A DNA stretch of 62,074 nt, filler included, from Choristocarpus tenellus KU-1152 (taxonomy: Eukaryota > Protista > Phaeophyceae): assembly GCA_964200185.2 (NCBI GenBank). It is 8 parts of 8 records of this genome, joined end to end, with 100 filler letters (N's around TTAATTAATTAA, not from the genome) between each part and the next. Parts side by side here need not be neighbours in the genome. Positions count along the whole stretch, not along the records: positions 36,819 to 50,639 come from CAXNAD020001357.1; positions 50,740 to 55,701 come from CAXNAD020012361.1; 6 more parts are not named here. One strand, 5' to 3'. This document shows positions 39,250-50,789 of the stretch, piece by piece; the stretch's first letter is position 1; the number at the start of each line of letters is the position of its first letter. The notes below the pieces were generated by a model, which searched no databases, was not told where the DNA came from, and saw nothing but the letters and a program-made list of their open reading frames with translations. Both the position numbers and the translations under genes were made by a program.

Positions 39250-40258
39250 ATCTGATGGGGTACTCCAGGTAACACTCAGTATTGATGGTGACGTCAACCT
39301 TGTACTCCTTGCCCTTCATGTGTCACGCTGTAGTCCATTGCACCTTTGTGACGCAAACCGCCAGATCCTGATCTTGCCATCGAAATCATGGGAAGGACCT
39401 AGGCACAAAACGATGGAGATGAACATCACTTTGGGAATGTGACTCTTGTGCAGTACCTTCGCTGAGCCCACCTTTTCCTCTCCCAGGAGTATGCACACCA
39501 TCTCTCGTTTGTGGATGAGGTAGAACTACGTCTCGTCGATGTGAATGGTATTGAGGCCAGTCCTGTAGGGTTTGTGGTTGCAGGAGATCTGGTTGAGGAT
39601 GAAGTCCACCCTGTTCTTCTGAAAAAAAGAAAGGGTAGGGGTGACGCGCCGCTAAACCCTCGTTGCCCCCACGACTTCAAGCCAGCGATGAAGCTTTGAG
39701 CTTCTAACTCTGCAAGACCTGCTCCAGCAAGCTTTGCTAGTTTCATTGGCATAAAATTGGACGGCCGTCCAGATCATGCTTGTGATTTCAGGGAGATGAT
39801 ATTCCCCCTCTCTGTTTTTTAACGCACACCCACACCCATCTAGGATGTCTCTCTCTCACTCCAAACTATCTCGCCAATTTAGATCCCACATCCCTCGGGA
39901 ACCTCTCATGGCCCAGAGGAAGACCCAATGCGCAACGCAGAGCAAGTGTGGTTCGACCTTCCTCAGTCAGGTCGCAGTTCTTTCCTCGAGACGGTAGGCT
40001 TCGTGCCAGAGATGATGGGCTGTGAGGGCTCGCCATGAGAGTTGGAAAAGTGTTGTGCGGCTCCACACTGAAGCAGGAACATTCAAAGATGATAATATGC
40101 CCCTTTCTGTGTTCCATGAATTCGGAATTGTTTCAAACAGAATTCTAGTTTTTTAATGAAAAATATTCCAAGGAATCTGAAGCAAAAGTCAATTATGAAA
40201 TCGGTGGTCATCCCAAAGAGCTACAAATTAACGGTCCAGCCTTATGGGACAGAGGGAG
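39250..40258 (-). mobile_element. DD39D/Stowaway-type mariner transposon, 5' part (decayed)
   Basis: Terminus CTCCCTCTGTCCCATAA at 40258; IHIDET*FYL, HKSHIPKVMFIS, FDGKIRIW. Confidence 0.75.
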
Positions 40259-40976
40259 TGTAAGGGTGACTCCAAAAATGGTGTTTGTTTGTGCCGAATC
40301 TTACTCCTGACGGCAAGACTTTCTGAGTATATCTTACTCCTGATTCACCATATACCGCGATTGGGGTGGCCAGTCCTGGAGAGTCTACACACTTAGTAGT
40401 AGTGTATAACTGTGAATAAATGAATGCATAACACAATTTGTGTTCGCAGTGGTGATAATTTCACTCACCCCTTTACCTTTGTCAAACATATTTATTGCCA
40501 ACATAACAATGAACTCGTGAAGCCTTATAGGTCACAACACCCCAAGTGTACAAATCTGAGAGGTTCTAAGGTAATCAACATTTCGAGTGTCGAGAGCTGT
40601 CCAAAATCCTCTCGAAGTCAAAACCCATTACTAGTTAAAATACCATGCACTACCAAGTCACAGTGTGATGACCAGCCTGTTACCCCTCAAAAAGAAATAG
40701 AAATACTGTTTACGCAATGCTTACCATTGGTGGATTTCTCTGTTGTGAGTACTCCTCTAAAGGTCTAGTGATTCTAATGCTATAAATGAAGTCACAGCAA
40801 GATGCACACTAAACAACCCAAGGGGACTCCACTTGAGCATACTGTGATAGTGAATGCAAAATGAAGCATAAAATAAACACACATACACACACACAAAATA
40901 TCCCACAAAGAGACCTGGGCAGGCTCCTTCACAAATGCAGTGCAGAATTGTACGTTTTCAACAAGAGATGACAATG

Positions 40977-43900
40977 TTAGGACTTGTCATTGCTTGCAGC
41001 TTGTGTCGTCTCCTCCCTCTTATCACCGCAACTCATCCATTCTGGCCAACGCGTGTCTACAAGCCCTTCAACCTGTTCCGTGATATCTGCAGATAGATGG
41101 GACGAAGTATGTGGACAGGGCTCGGGTTAGTTGAGTAGAGAATGAGGGTGGAGAGGTGGAAACAAGGGACACACTGTCCTCCCTCATGCATATAACTTTT
41201 TTTTACCGTCTACTGTTTTGCTTCCCTTGTGAAACTGTTCATTTTTAGATTAAGAAATGTGGGATGCAAACAACGAGAGTGTACAACACTGAGATGACCA
41301 CAGTCAGTTTCTGTTAAAAGGGCAATCAGTTCGATATCCACCACTTTATTTCGTTTACTATGCCAGTTGTGTAGGTTTTTGCCTTGGCCACGATCTTACA
41401 TGCATTTATTAAGTCAATCTTGTATCAGTATGTCTGTACGAAGGGTGAAATGAACAGAAGCGAACACATGGCAAGAAGATGTACTGAAGGTTATTATACC
41501 ACCGCTCACCAAAAGAATGATATGAGCAAAAAACAAGACCAATGTGCATCATGACTCAACAAGCATGTGAGCCTTCCCACCTATAACAAAATGTATCACT
41601 ATATGAAGGTAGAAGTCTTTGCCATGAAAAGAACACCCTTGGTCATGTATGAAATCTCGGATACAGGGTAGGTTGACAATTTTCATAACAAAACACAGGC
41701 TGCAATGTGGTGTACTCCAGAGTACTCCTTTCATCTCTACAGCAGGGTGAAATTACTTAGGGGTAGGTGTGGTATGCTGTCTGTTTGTTGAGCATATTAG
41801 GGAGGAAACAGTGACCTAATGTTGCATGGCACCAGAAAAATTTGGTGGAACCCAAATACTTATTACTAGTAGGTGACTTGTCAAAAAAATTATTTAACAT
41901 GAGGAGACAGAAAGATACACTGGAAGAAATAAAAAGCAACGAAAATAACAACAGAAGAATGTGTCAGTATGTAGAGAAGAATCATTACATGCTACTCCTG
42001 GAGAGTGCACTGCATACTCTGCCCTGCAGTGATTTCGACAAATTGAAATAGGCAACGAAAATGTCAGCTGTATCCTTTCCGCTACTCAAGTCCCCCTCCA
42101 AACAGCATATTCTCTTATCTATTGAGAGAGCTGCAGGCAGACTGCATAAGGCACCCCCCAGTAGAGTCCTACAGTAGTATGAAGCTCAAATTAACAAAAC
42201 AAGTAACTTTGCCTTCTCACTTCGTTCGACAGGTAAGGTACCGTATGATCACTGCAGCGATATACTATATGGAAACACTCGGACTTGGGGTTTGCAAGCG
42301 CACCTTCTATTAGAGCCTTTCGTGATGGTCTCCACCCCGCCCATGGCGTCTTGTCCAGAATCTCAAACCATGACTTTGCCCATGGATTGTCACTTAGCCC
42401 TGTCCGTGGTTTCAGAGGAATGGGACAATATGGATTGCCCAACTCCAGTAAATTGACCTTCCCTCCACCAGTGAGATGAACGATGCCTGGGTTGGTGCTA
42501 ATTTCCTTCAGCTCTGCAGTAGTGAAGAGCGCTGGTTGTACAAGACTACCAGGATTATCCCCTCCACGGAATGCTAGGTATGTTCCAGCACCCTGTACAT
42601 TCCATTTGGCACTCAGTGATGTCCATCTCCCATGGAAAACACTGTTAAGGATGTCTTGGTCCATGAGGGGTAGGTTGTCTGGTGTGAACATAAAGGCTAG
42701 ATCCCGCATTCTCTCAGTCTCCTCGCGAAAGGTGTGCATGTCAATAATGAGCACACCCGCATTGAAGTAACTGTCTGAAGCGAGACCATGATGATACACT
42801 CCATCTCGGTACCCTTGAACACCACATGGGCAACCAAAGTCCCTGCCATCCATTGATGAAGTTTAGAAGGGACACAGTAGATTTAAGCGAGAATGACCTT
42901 TCACCAACTCTCCTCTTCAGCTACTGTCGTATTTTGAAGTGTATTTGCGTATGGAATATGTTGTGGACTTTCTTCAAGCTGCAAGTATAACACCCCAAAC
43001 AGACATAGGAAAGAGACCATCCATTATATTGATGATGTCACACATATTACCCAACTGTTGGTTCCGTTCCTTATTGTACGTAAGGATCGCTATTATTAAT
43101 AGTACAAGGTCAGGTGTCTTAGCTGTACATAATGTCAACAACTGAGGGTAATATATAAGCTAAAACCTGACTGCACAGGGTGATCTCTTCATGCTTATTG
43201 ATCAGGAGCTGTGTCGACTTAGATAAAATCCCACTAGCATGAACTGAATGAATGTCTAGTTGGTGATACAGAGTGAATAGGCGACCCTTTGACAATGAGC
43301 CATGCAAAGACTTAAGGTCACGGGATATGTTCAAACACAGAAATATCCTATCATATGGCTCAGGCAGCATTTAGACAATAGGATGCAGTTGCTACACAAC
43401 CTGCCTTCCTCCCTCACTCATACCGCTGCAGAGTGTTACAAATCTCAGCATGACTCAAGCAGGTGATGAACTATCATATCACTCTTTTGTCTACAATTTT
43501 CCTCAAGTAGAACATTACATATTTGTGACAAGCTCTTTAAATCAATGCCCGACAACAAAGAAAACCACAAATGTTGTACCCTCATTTGACCCACCTTACA
43601 GCCGCAAGAGCACTCTGAGGTTCCCGACTATCCCATAGGGCACACACATCCTTCCGAACAATCACATCAGCATCCAGGTATAAGACCTGATAGGCAAGGC
43701 ATAAATAGGCAAGCACAATCATATCAAGACAACATTGATCGTGGGTGGTATTGTGTGCCAAACCTTGCATGGGATGTGGACCTGGTAGGTCAACATCAAT
43801 TCGTATTTTGTGTATCATCAAATGTGAACAAAACATTCAAATTATGCATAGTTCTCACACATCAAATATGAAAAATAGACAAAACTACATGTATCCATTT

Positions 43901-46900
43901 GCTGCATATGCATTGTTCTTTTGTTGAGTGTACAATTCAACGCATAGTTCATGACCTAACCGCATACTACTTCCGTATAAGTACTATGCTTGAGACCATG
44001 TGGCAGAGGGGGAAGGGGCTACACGTTCCAAAGGGGGGTGCCTGTAAGCCCCTGGGAATCTGCAGAGGGGAGATACCTGTGCAGCAGAAAAAACATTAAC
44101 CCCACAGTATGTATGATATGCATAGTACTACCCTGTGAACACTACAATTTTTCATTAACATTTGGTATGTAGTTGAGTCACTGTAAAATATATCTATGAC
44201 TAAATCAAAGGAATGTGCACATTCGACCTTGATCAAAACCAAACAAAGGTAGACTTGGTGCTGATGGTCTAGCTGGCAAGCACTATAGATAGCACTCTTA
44301 CGCTCTGAATCCTGGTGCATAGTCATAATATGGTGCAATAGCATGAAATTTGAGGGTCTGAGTGGCAATGAGTGATGGTATAGCTGAACACAACGCTCAA
44401 AAGCAAGGCAAACCAAGACAAACCAGCTCAGACTTTATAGTAGCTCAGCATGTAGCAGAGTGTGAAGCGTAAAAGCACCTCTAACCATAGATGGAGCTAG
44501 TCAAGGCCAAAGTGAGAAAATAGAACAGTGGTTCATACAAAGTTTAGGTTGCTGGATGGAATATTGTTGACTTATGAGTCTATGATTTAGTGACACCTGT
44601 AAAAGTCTATACCAAAGATTCTAGGAGCGGCAAAACAAACTCAGTGGCAGAACCAATAAAGTGCATCCTTTACATGTCACGGTACCTTGGGCATGGAGGT
44701 AGGCAAAACTTCCCCTAGGGCAAGCTTGGCGTACTGCCCACCCATGGGCCACAGGTGGTCACTGTCCAGTTCGCACAAAGGGACACCATCGCGCCAGCCT
44801 GGTCCATCAACCCACTCAAGGGACACAGACCCGAGCATTTCATTAAGCTTGCATCTCGATTCCTGGGTCAGACCAATGTCGATGACAATGATCCTGAGGT
44901 CAAGCGGCCTGCGCCCAAAGTCAAAACAGTTGATACATGATGGTCAACCAGCACGTGTAATGTACACTTTGTGACTTGGAGGCAATTTAGAGTAGGAAAA
45001 CAAATAATATGATATACTCAAAGAAGAGGAGGATTGGTTTAAAGTATCTCGGGGGGGAGGGGGGTCTATACCAGGGGGTCCATTTGGGTCCTGTCCAGGA
45101 AATGTCTATTTACATTATTCATTTGACATATGTAACCAAATCACTCCAAAATTGCGACATGAAAAAATGGGCCCCAAATGAACAGCCGCTACCCCGCCCA
45201 GATACTTTGAGACAAAACTAAAATGGAGCCAAAGTATCTTAGAGGGTACAGCCGCGTCCATTTGGGGGTCAAAATTCAATGTTGCAATTTTGATGTAATT
45301 TTGGCCATAGTGTTTGTTAGGAAGTGTCAATATCCATGTTGTGGTCACACCTTTTCATAAGGTATACATTTTACCTACTCTGAAACATTTTGGAGTAGGA
45401 AGATGTCATAAAAAACCCCATGGGAAGCCAAGCCTCAAATGGACAAACAGGGCAAAACTCGTACCCTCTAAGATACTTTCACTCAATGACAACAGGACCA
45501 CAAGAACAAGTTGAGGGACACAGAATGCAGAAGTCGCACTTGTTGATGCATCAATTTGTCGCTGATTTTTCCCTACTAGAATAGTGCTTATCATCATGAA
45601 GGCCATCACAAATCAAAAGCCTACGTAGAATTTGAGCAATATAATGTCCAAGTGCACTTCTAACTTTCCTAGGCAGAGACTTGTATTTAAGCCAGTGTAT
45701 AGCACCGACCATCATCTCACACCTGCTGCAGGTGTCGATAAGGGAGCACAGAGCCACAGCCAGTTCTTTTGCAAAAAGTTCATCTCCTGCAAGCACCACA
45801 GGGATAGTCTCTTCCTGGGGTGAGGGGAAGTTGTACCTTTGGGGTATGGTCTTCCGCACAAATACCTGTTAACATCCAATCAAAACAAGTTGCAAAAATG
45901 AAGGTGATGTGCAGATTGTGTGTCCAATGCACCATATGAATATATATGAAATGTCCCAGACAATGCACAGTCCAAGCAGGCTTCACACTAGCTCTCTGTA
46001 CTAGGACAGAATCCTCTGTCTCTACATCACCATGACTGCATTATTGGGGTGAGTCAAGCTTCATTTTAATCCGCAAAGCAGCCTGCAATGAGCAAGCAAC
46101 TTCATTTGTGCCAACTACCATAGAGGTAACACAATTCTACACACAAGAGGAGAGCAAGCATCCTACAACCTGAAATACACTTTGGGTTACCTGCAAATAC
46201 TTTGCAACAGTGTCACCGCAGGAGGTCCATCAAGGTGTGTGAAAGTACCATAATGAACAGCTAAGACAAGACCATAGCTCTGACTCCTGGCCCTACTCCA
46301 TGTCGTAACATGCACCTAACGCACTAGTGTGAACCTTACTTTAGAGTACTTTCAAATGACCAAATAGCACCTTGGCACTTGGAGGCATTCTCAAGAGGGT
46401 AAACATGAAAGTAAAAATGCTGCATATCACACTTGCGCTTAGAATGAACAGGCTCCCTTCTGTGTATGATATTCTCTCTAAACCATCAAGAAATACAATG
46501 CTACTAGCAAGCATTTCAAGGCTAGTATGCCTCATGCACACAGACCTGGTATCCTTTGTGTACAATTTCTATCTCCTCTCGTGCCACAGACAGAAACGTG
46601 TCAATGCCCCGCTTCGGATGATCAGGGGCATCCATCGACACAGGGTTGTGTGGACACTGCTCAGAACGAGCAGGCATTTCATAGTCATCAAGTAGCATGT
46701 AGCCACCCTCGTTCAAGACTTGCCATGCCATGAGACAGTCCTCTAGGGTGGCCATAGTATTGTGGTCACCGTCTATATAAACAAAGTCAAAGGTTGTTCC
46801 AGATGGAAGGATGTGCTGACAGAAGGCCTGCAGAGGTAGAAGTAATGAGGGTGACCAGGAGAGAGTAGAAGAAGACAAGGAAATCAGAAGGCATAGATAT

Positions 46901-48844
46901 ATAGAGTGAAATTGGATATACGAAGGAAAACCCCTGAACAAGGTGATACCCTTCTTCTTGCCTGGAGAGAGAAGAAAGGAAGGACACGAACACGGTGTCT
47001 ACTCCCTGTGAGCCTAAGGTTAAACTCCAGTTTGCGCCGTCTCTCCCGGCCAGGTCCTCTGTTTGCTGGTCCATCACCAAGTATGCAGTGTGTGGGCAAC
47101 ATGAGGGAGAGACAAGAGGTTGTCAACTTTGAACCGTTTTCATCGAGTTTGATGGTACAATAAGGACTTGGAGTAAAATTGAATGCCTCTCAAGACATGC
47201 AATATACAGCAGCACAATTTAGCAATTATATCCTCTAATCGGACTTCACAGAAGACTGATTCACATGGCTAAAGAGCCTCCAATCATGCCTCAAAAAGAG
47301 GTGTGGTTCTAACTGTAACTGCAACTATAGACCACACATAGTGTCAACAATATGTGCCGGGCAAGATAACCATTTGTATTTAGCAATGATCTAAAGTGAT
47401 ACTTCTATAGCACTATGTGTATCCATAATCAAGCATCAACTGCACCATACCTATTTGTAAGGGAAACTGGTAAGAAAAGAGTGAGGCTCAAAGTATCTTG
47501 GGGGGGGGGGGGGGGGGCTGTCCATTTGGGGCCCATTTTTCCAAGTCGCAATTTTGGGTGATTTGGTTGCATGTGTCAGATGGATATAATGTAAGTGCAC
47601 TTCGCTTTGTCAGGGCTCAAATGTACACCCTGGTGCAGATACCCCCCCTCCTCCCAGATTCTTTTGAGCTTGACGATCTGGAAGTTTCTGTAACCCCAAG
47701 CTCTGCAGTTCATGGCATACTAACAGTCAAAGTGGTCCACTAGCCACAGCTTGCTCTCCTCTTGAGTGCACAGGTTGCGCAGCCACCAGCTTGCACTCAG
47801 ACCCTCCCAGCTCCCAATCTCCAGAACATTGAAAGATTTTTTTGTCCCAAGGACACCAGGTATACAAGGCTTTTTTGCCACCTGTTGAAGCACGGCAGGA
47901 GCAACAAGCTTCTTCCATACAGGGAGTTGCCCTCGGCACCAGTCCTGACCAACTGTAAATTCTATGGGCAGAATGAAGGGCTGAACAAGAGATGCACCAC
48001 GTAAACTTCTTGGTCCAGGGCTTGAGGAATCCTCCTCTAAGTTACCTGCAAGCTCCAAAATTGCACTAGCGCAGGGTGACAGGAAGGAAACCCAACCAGC
48101 GCCCTCCACACCTCCGTCAATCGCATCTCCTACATCCTCCATCCCCAGGACGTTAAGGAGTGCGCGCAACCATGAACCATGCGTCACCAGGACGAGTCCG
48201 TCGTGTGAGTCCAACCTGCGACGAAGGCAGCGGACTGCAGTATCTACTCGAAGCAATAGATCTTGTTGCTCTTCATACTTGTTGGGGACAGGCCCTAGGC
48301 TGTTCTCCTCGGAGACTGCTGGCAAGATCACCTTTCCTCCTTTCCTCCACTGTAGTGTTGAGTCGACTTCATGCTGTCCAGTCGTGTCACTCCTTCGACA
48401 GCAGAAGATTTCCTTGGTGCTTAATGTACCCCCAGGAAAAGCATATGCATCATCGTACTCGTAAGAGCCCTTGTGGGGCTGGCGCAGCACTGCTTCAGCA
48501 CCACCCTCGACCTTTCCAAACCACTTTCGACGAAGCTGCTCACATAGAGCAGGGTCCACTTCCACGATAGCCCCATGCACTTCCGCCAAAACAATCGCTG
48601 TTTGTACACACCTCAGAGAAGGGGAACAGACCACACGTCTTATCTTTGCACTTTGACTGTTAGCAGATCCTCCTTGCCTAGACACGTTGAGACGCCTGGC
48701 GAGATTCCTCACTTGCTTGAAACCCTCTAGTGTGAGAGGATCGTCCCATGGACGTGGAGGGCGTTGAGCTGGGAGCCACCAGTCTTGCCATGGGGAGCCC
48801 TTGTCCACGCCTGCGCGCTGTGCATGATGTACAAGGTGGATCAT
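40977..48844 (-). CDS. 8-exon gene: histidine phosphatase (PGAM-fold) + class I SAM methyltransferase (Methyltransf_24-like) + glycosyltransferase family 8 fusion, ~870 aa
   Basis: Hand-spliced exons: 48844-47725, 47065-46962, 46827-46546, 45865-45723, 44908-44686, 43686-43595, 42842-42304, 41086-40977. They total 2613 nt with phases 1,0,0,2,0,2,1 all consistent and no internal stop. Phosphatase motifs: IHLVHHAQR, RPWDDPLTLEG, SPSLRCVQTA, LVTHG. MTase motifs: VLEIGSWEG, VDHFD, FDFVYIDGDH, GGYMLLDDY. GT8 motifs: IPVVLAGD, LYLDAD, YFNAGV, DQDILN, WNVQ, IVHLTG. The start codon and last exon are less certain. Confidence 0.85.
45036..45213 (+). mobile_element. MITE family A copy (intron 4 of the fusion gene)
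   Basis: Family A body and TIRs; no clear TSD. Confidence 0.85.
45226..45484 (+). mobile_element. MITE family B copy (intron 4 of the fusion gene)
   Basis: TIRs; 4-bp TSD aatg/aatg. Confidence 0.9.
47485..47670 (-). mobile_element. MITE family A copy (intron 1 of the fusion gene, inverted)
   Basis: TIRs; 3-bp TSD tga/tga. Confidence 0.85.
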
Positions 48845-49749
48845 CTCTTGGGCGGTCCAAATCCAAGCTGTAGCAGAGTTTGAGTCACCAACATGTCCAC
48901 GTGTGTGCACCGTGCGTCCACCAACATGTTCGATAGGCAATCACATCGTCGTGGAATATCATTAAAGGATAGAGACCAGCGTTAGTTAGTGTTGTTTGAA
49001 GAAATGTAAGGTTGTTAGATGTATGGATGGTTTTGTTTTGGACGATGATATAGTTAAGGGTTGGTAATAACCTAACAGGGTGTCGGGTGAACAGTGAATC
49101 AATGATATACGATCTAAGCACTCTTATATTACTGACGTGTGTGTCGAATCCAGGGTTTAGCCCAGGCAGCATCTATCGTGGTGAATGTTGAGGCAAGTAT
49201 GGTAGGCACTTGATTGCGGTGCATACCCTATTGTTCATTCATCTGAACTGTCCGAACGGTGGATTGGTGGTTGGCTGAAGGATGATGCAACCGAAGATGT
49301 CCAAATACTCCGCCACACAAGAAAGGTCAATAGACCGTTGCTGAAAGGACCCGAACACACTTCCTACTTTTACCCTAAAGAGCGACTGGGGAAATCAACT
49401 CACTAACTCTATCCGCTAATGATGGGTTTGGTAGATTGTATATCTCAAACTGTCACAGGTGCAACTGCAATGCCGAAGTTGAACTTGGCACGGTCGTTTA
49501 ATTGCCACGCAAATAGACTTCCACTTTTTCTGATAGACAGTCCTCAAGTGTGCTACGAGACTACGAACTTGTTGCAATGAACAGTGTGAATGTCTATATT
49601 CACAGTTGAAGGTCCAGGACAAGACGTTTCCATCAATGAACAGAATAGGATATATCAAAATATATCAAACTCTAATCTTTGACAACTGGCTCTCTAACGA
49701 CTGCACTAGCACAAACCCCATCGAACCATCAATAGGAATGTATGGCTGT

Positions 49750-50400
49750 GAGAAAGGAAATGCCGTTTTGGTAGAGGAACAATTTCCGTTTAAAAACATT
49801 GGATTTGGAACCTTCTAAGCGCGTATGTTTATTATTTTCAAAAAGAGACGTTTTATCCATTCCATTTCCTCGATACAATTTTCTCCATATTCTTAAAAAT
49901 GAAGCAATATTAGAAATGATTCGCATATATTCCATACACGGTTAGTACGTCATCTCCATGCATGTCACAAGATTATATACCCATACAAGAGGATTCGAAG
50001 ACTGCAGAAGTGGAGAGAAAATATTATTGTTTCGATATTCGAAAGGTCTCAAGTAGTTCATAGATCAAGGAGACATACATCAAGATAGTATAAAATAATT
50101 GATCAGATTTACAACGTTTGATGTTTTTGATATCAGATTGAAGTTGGGGTAAGAAGATGTAATGTATTGCCAATTTAACAAGAGTCTTCTTTGACGTATA
50201 TGTTGCGGATATTGGGGCGATGTAATGGATATCTTCAACACTTAGTTGGAGAGGGGACACATCAGAGTAGCAAAAAGTATACGATATGATTCGAAACTCC
50301 TGACATTCGAACCAATTGTTTACCTGATATATATGTCCGAGGGATACCCACCTATAATTCTAACATATTCTAACTAGTTCATATCAAGGAAATGGGAGGA
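49750..50400 (+). pseudogene. Possible Ty3/gypsy RT relic
   Basis: IPIQEDSKTA and FDVYVADI resemble KTAF and VYVDDI in order; many stops. Confidence 0.3.
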
Positions 50401-50789
50401 TGTAAGGTGAGCAAACACAATCGCGTAACCACCAAAACCATAAATAAGGAATGTTAGGTAGACCACATAAAATGGTGGGTTTAAAGTTTAACGACATTGG
50501 TAGTAAGCAGTAGTAGATGTAATTGCATGACCTGTAGGAATATATGGAGAAATAGATATAACACATAGTGTTCTTATGATTAGGATATTTTACTTCTTTA
50601 GGGCTAACAACGACATATATATAGTTTTCATTGGTTTCCNNNNNNNNNNNNNNNNNNNNNNNNNNNNNNNNNNNNNNNNNNNNTTAATTAATTAANNNNN
50701 NNNNNNNNNNNNNNNNNNNNNNNNNNNNNNNNNNNNNNNCATACATATTTTACCGTAACTGTCCGATAGAGTTGGAAGAGTCTAATCGA

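Noticed and set aside
46191-46260. AG/GT-bounded segment inside intron 3 of the fusion gene
   Set aside because: Contains a stop in the required phase; exons 3 and 4 already join as YQ|VFVRK
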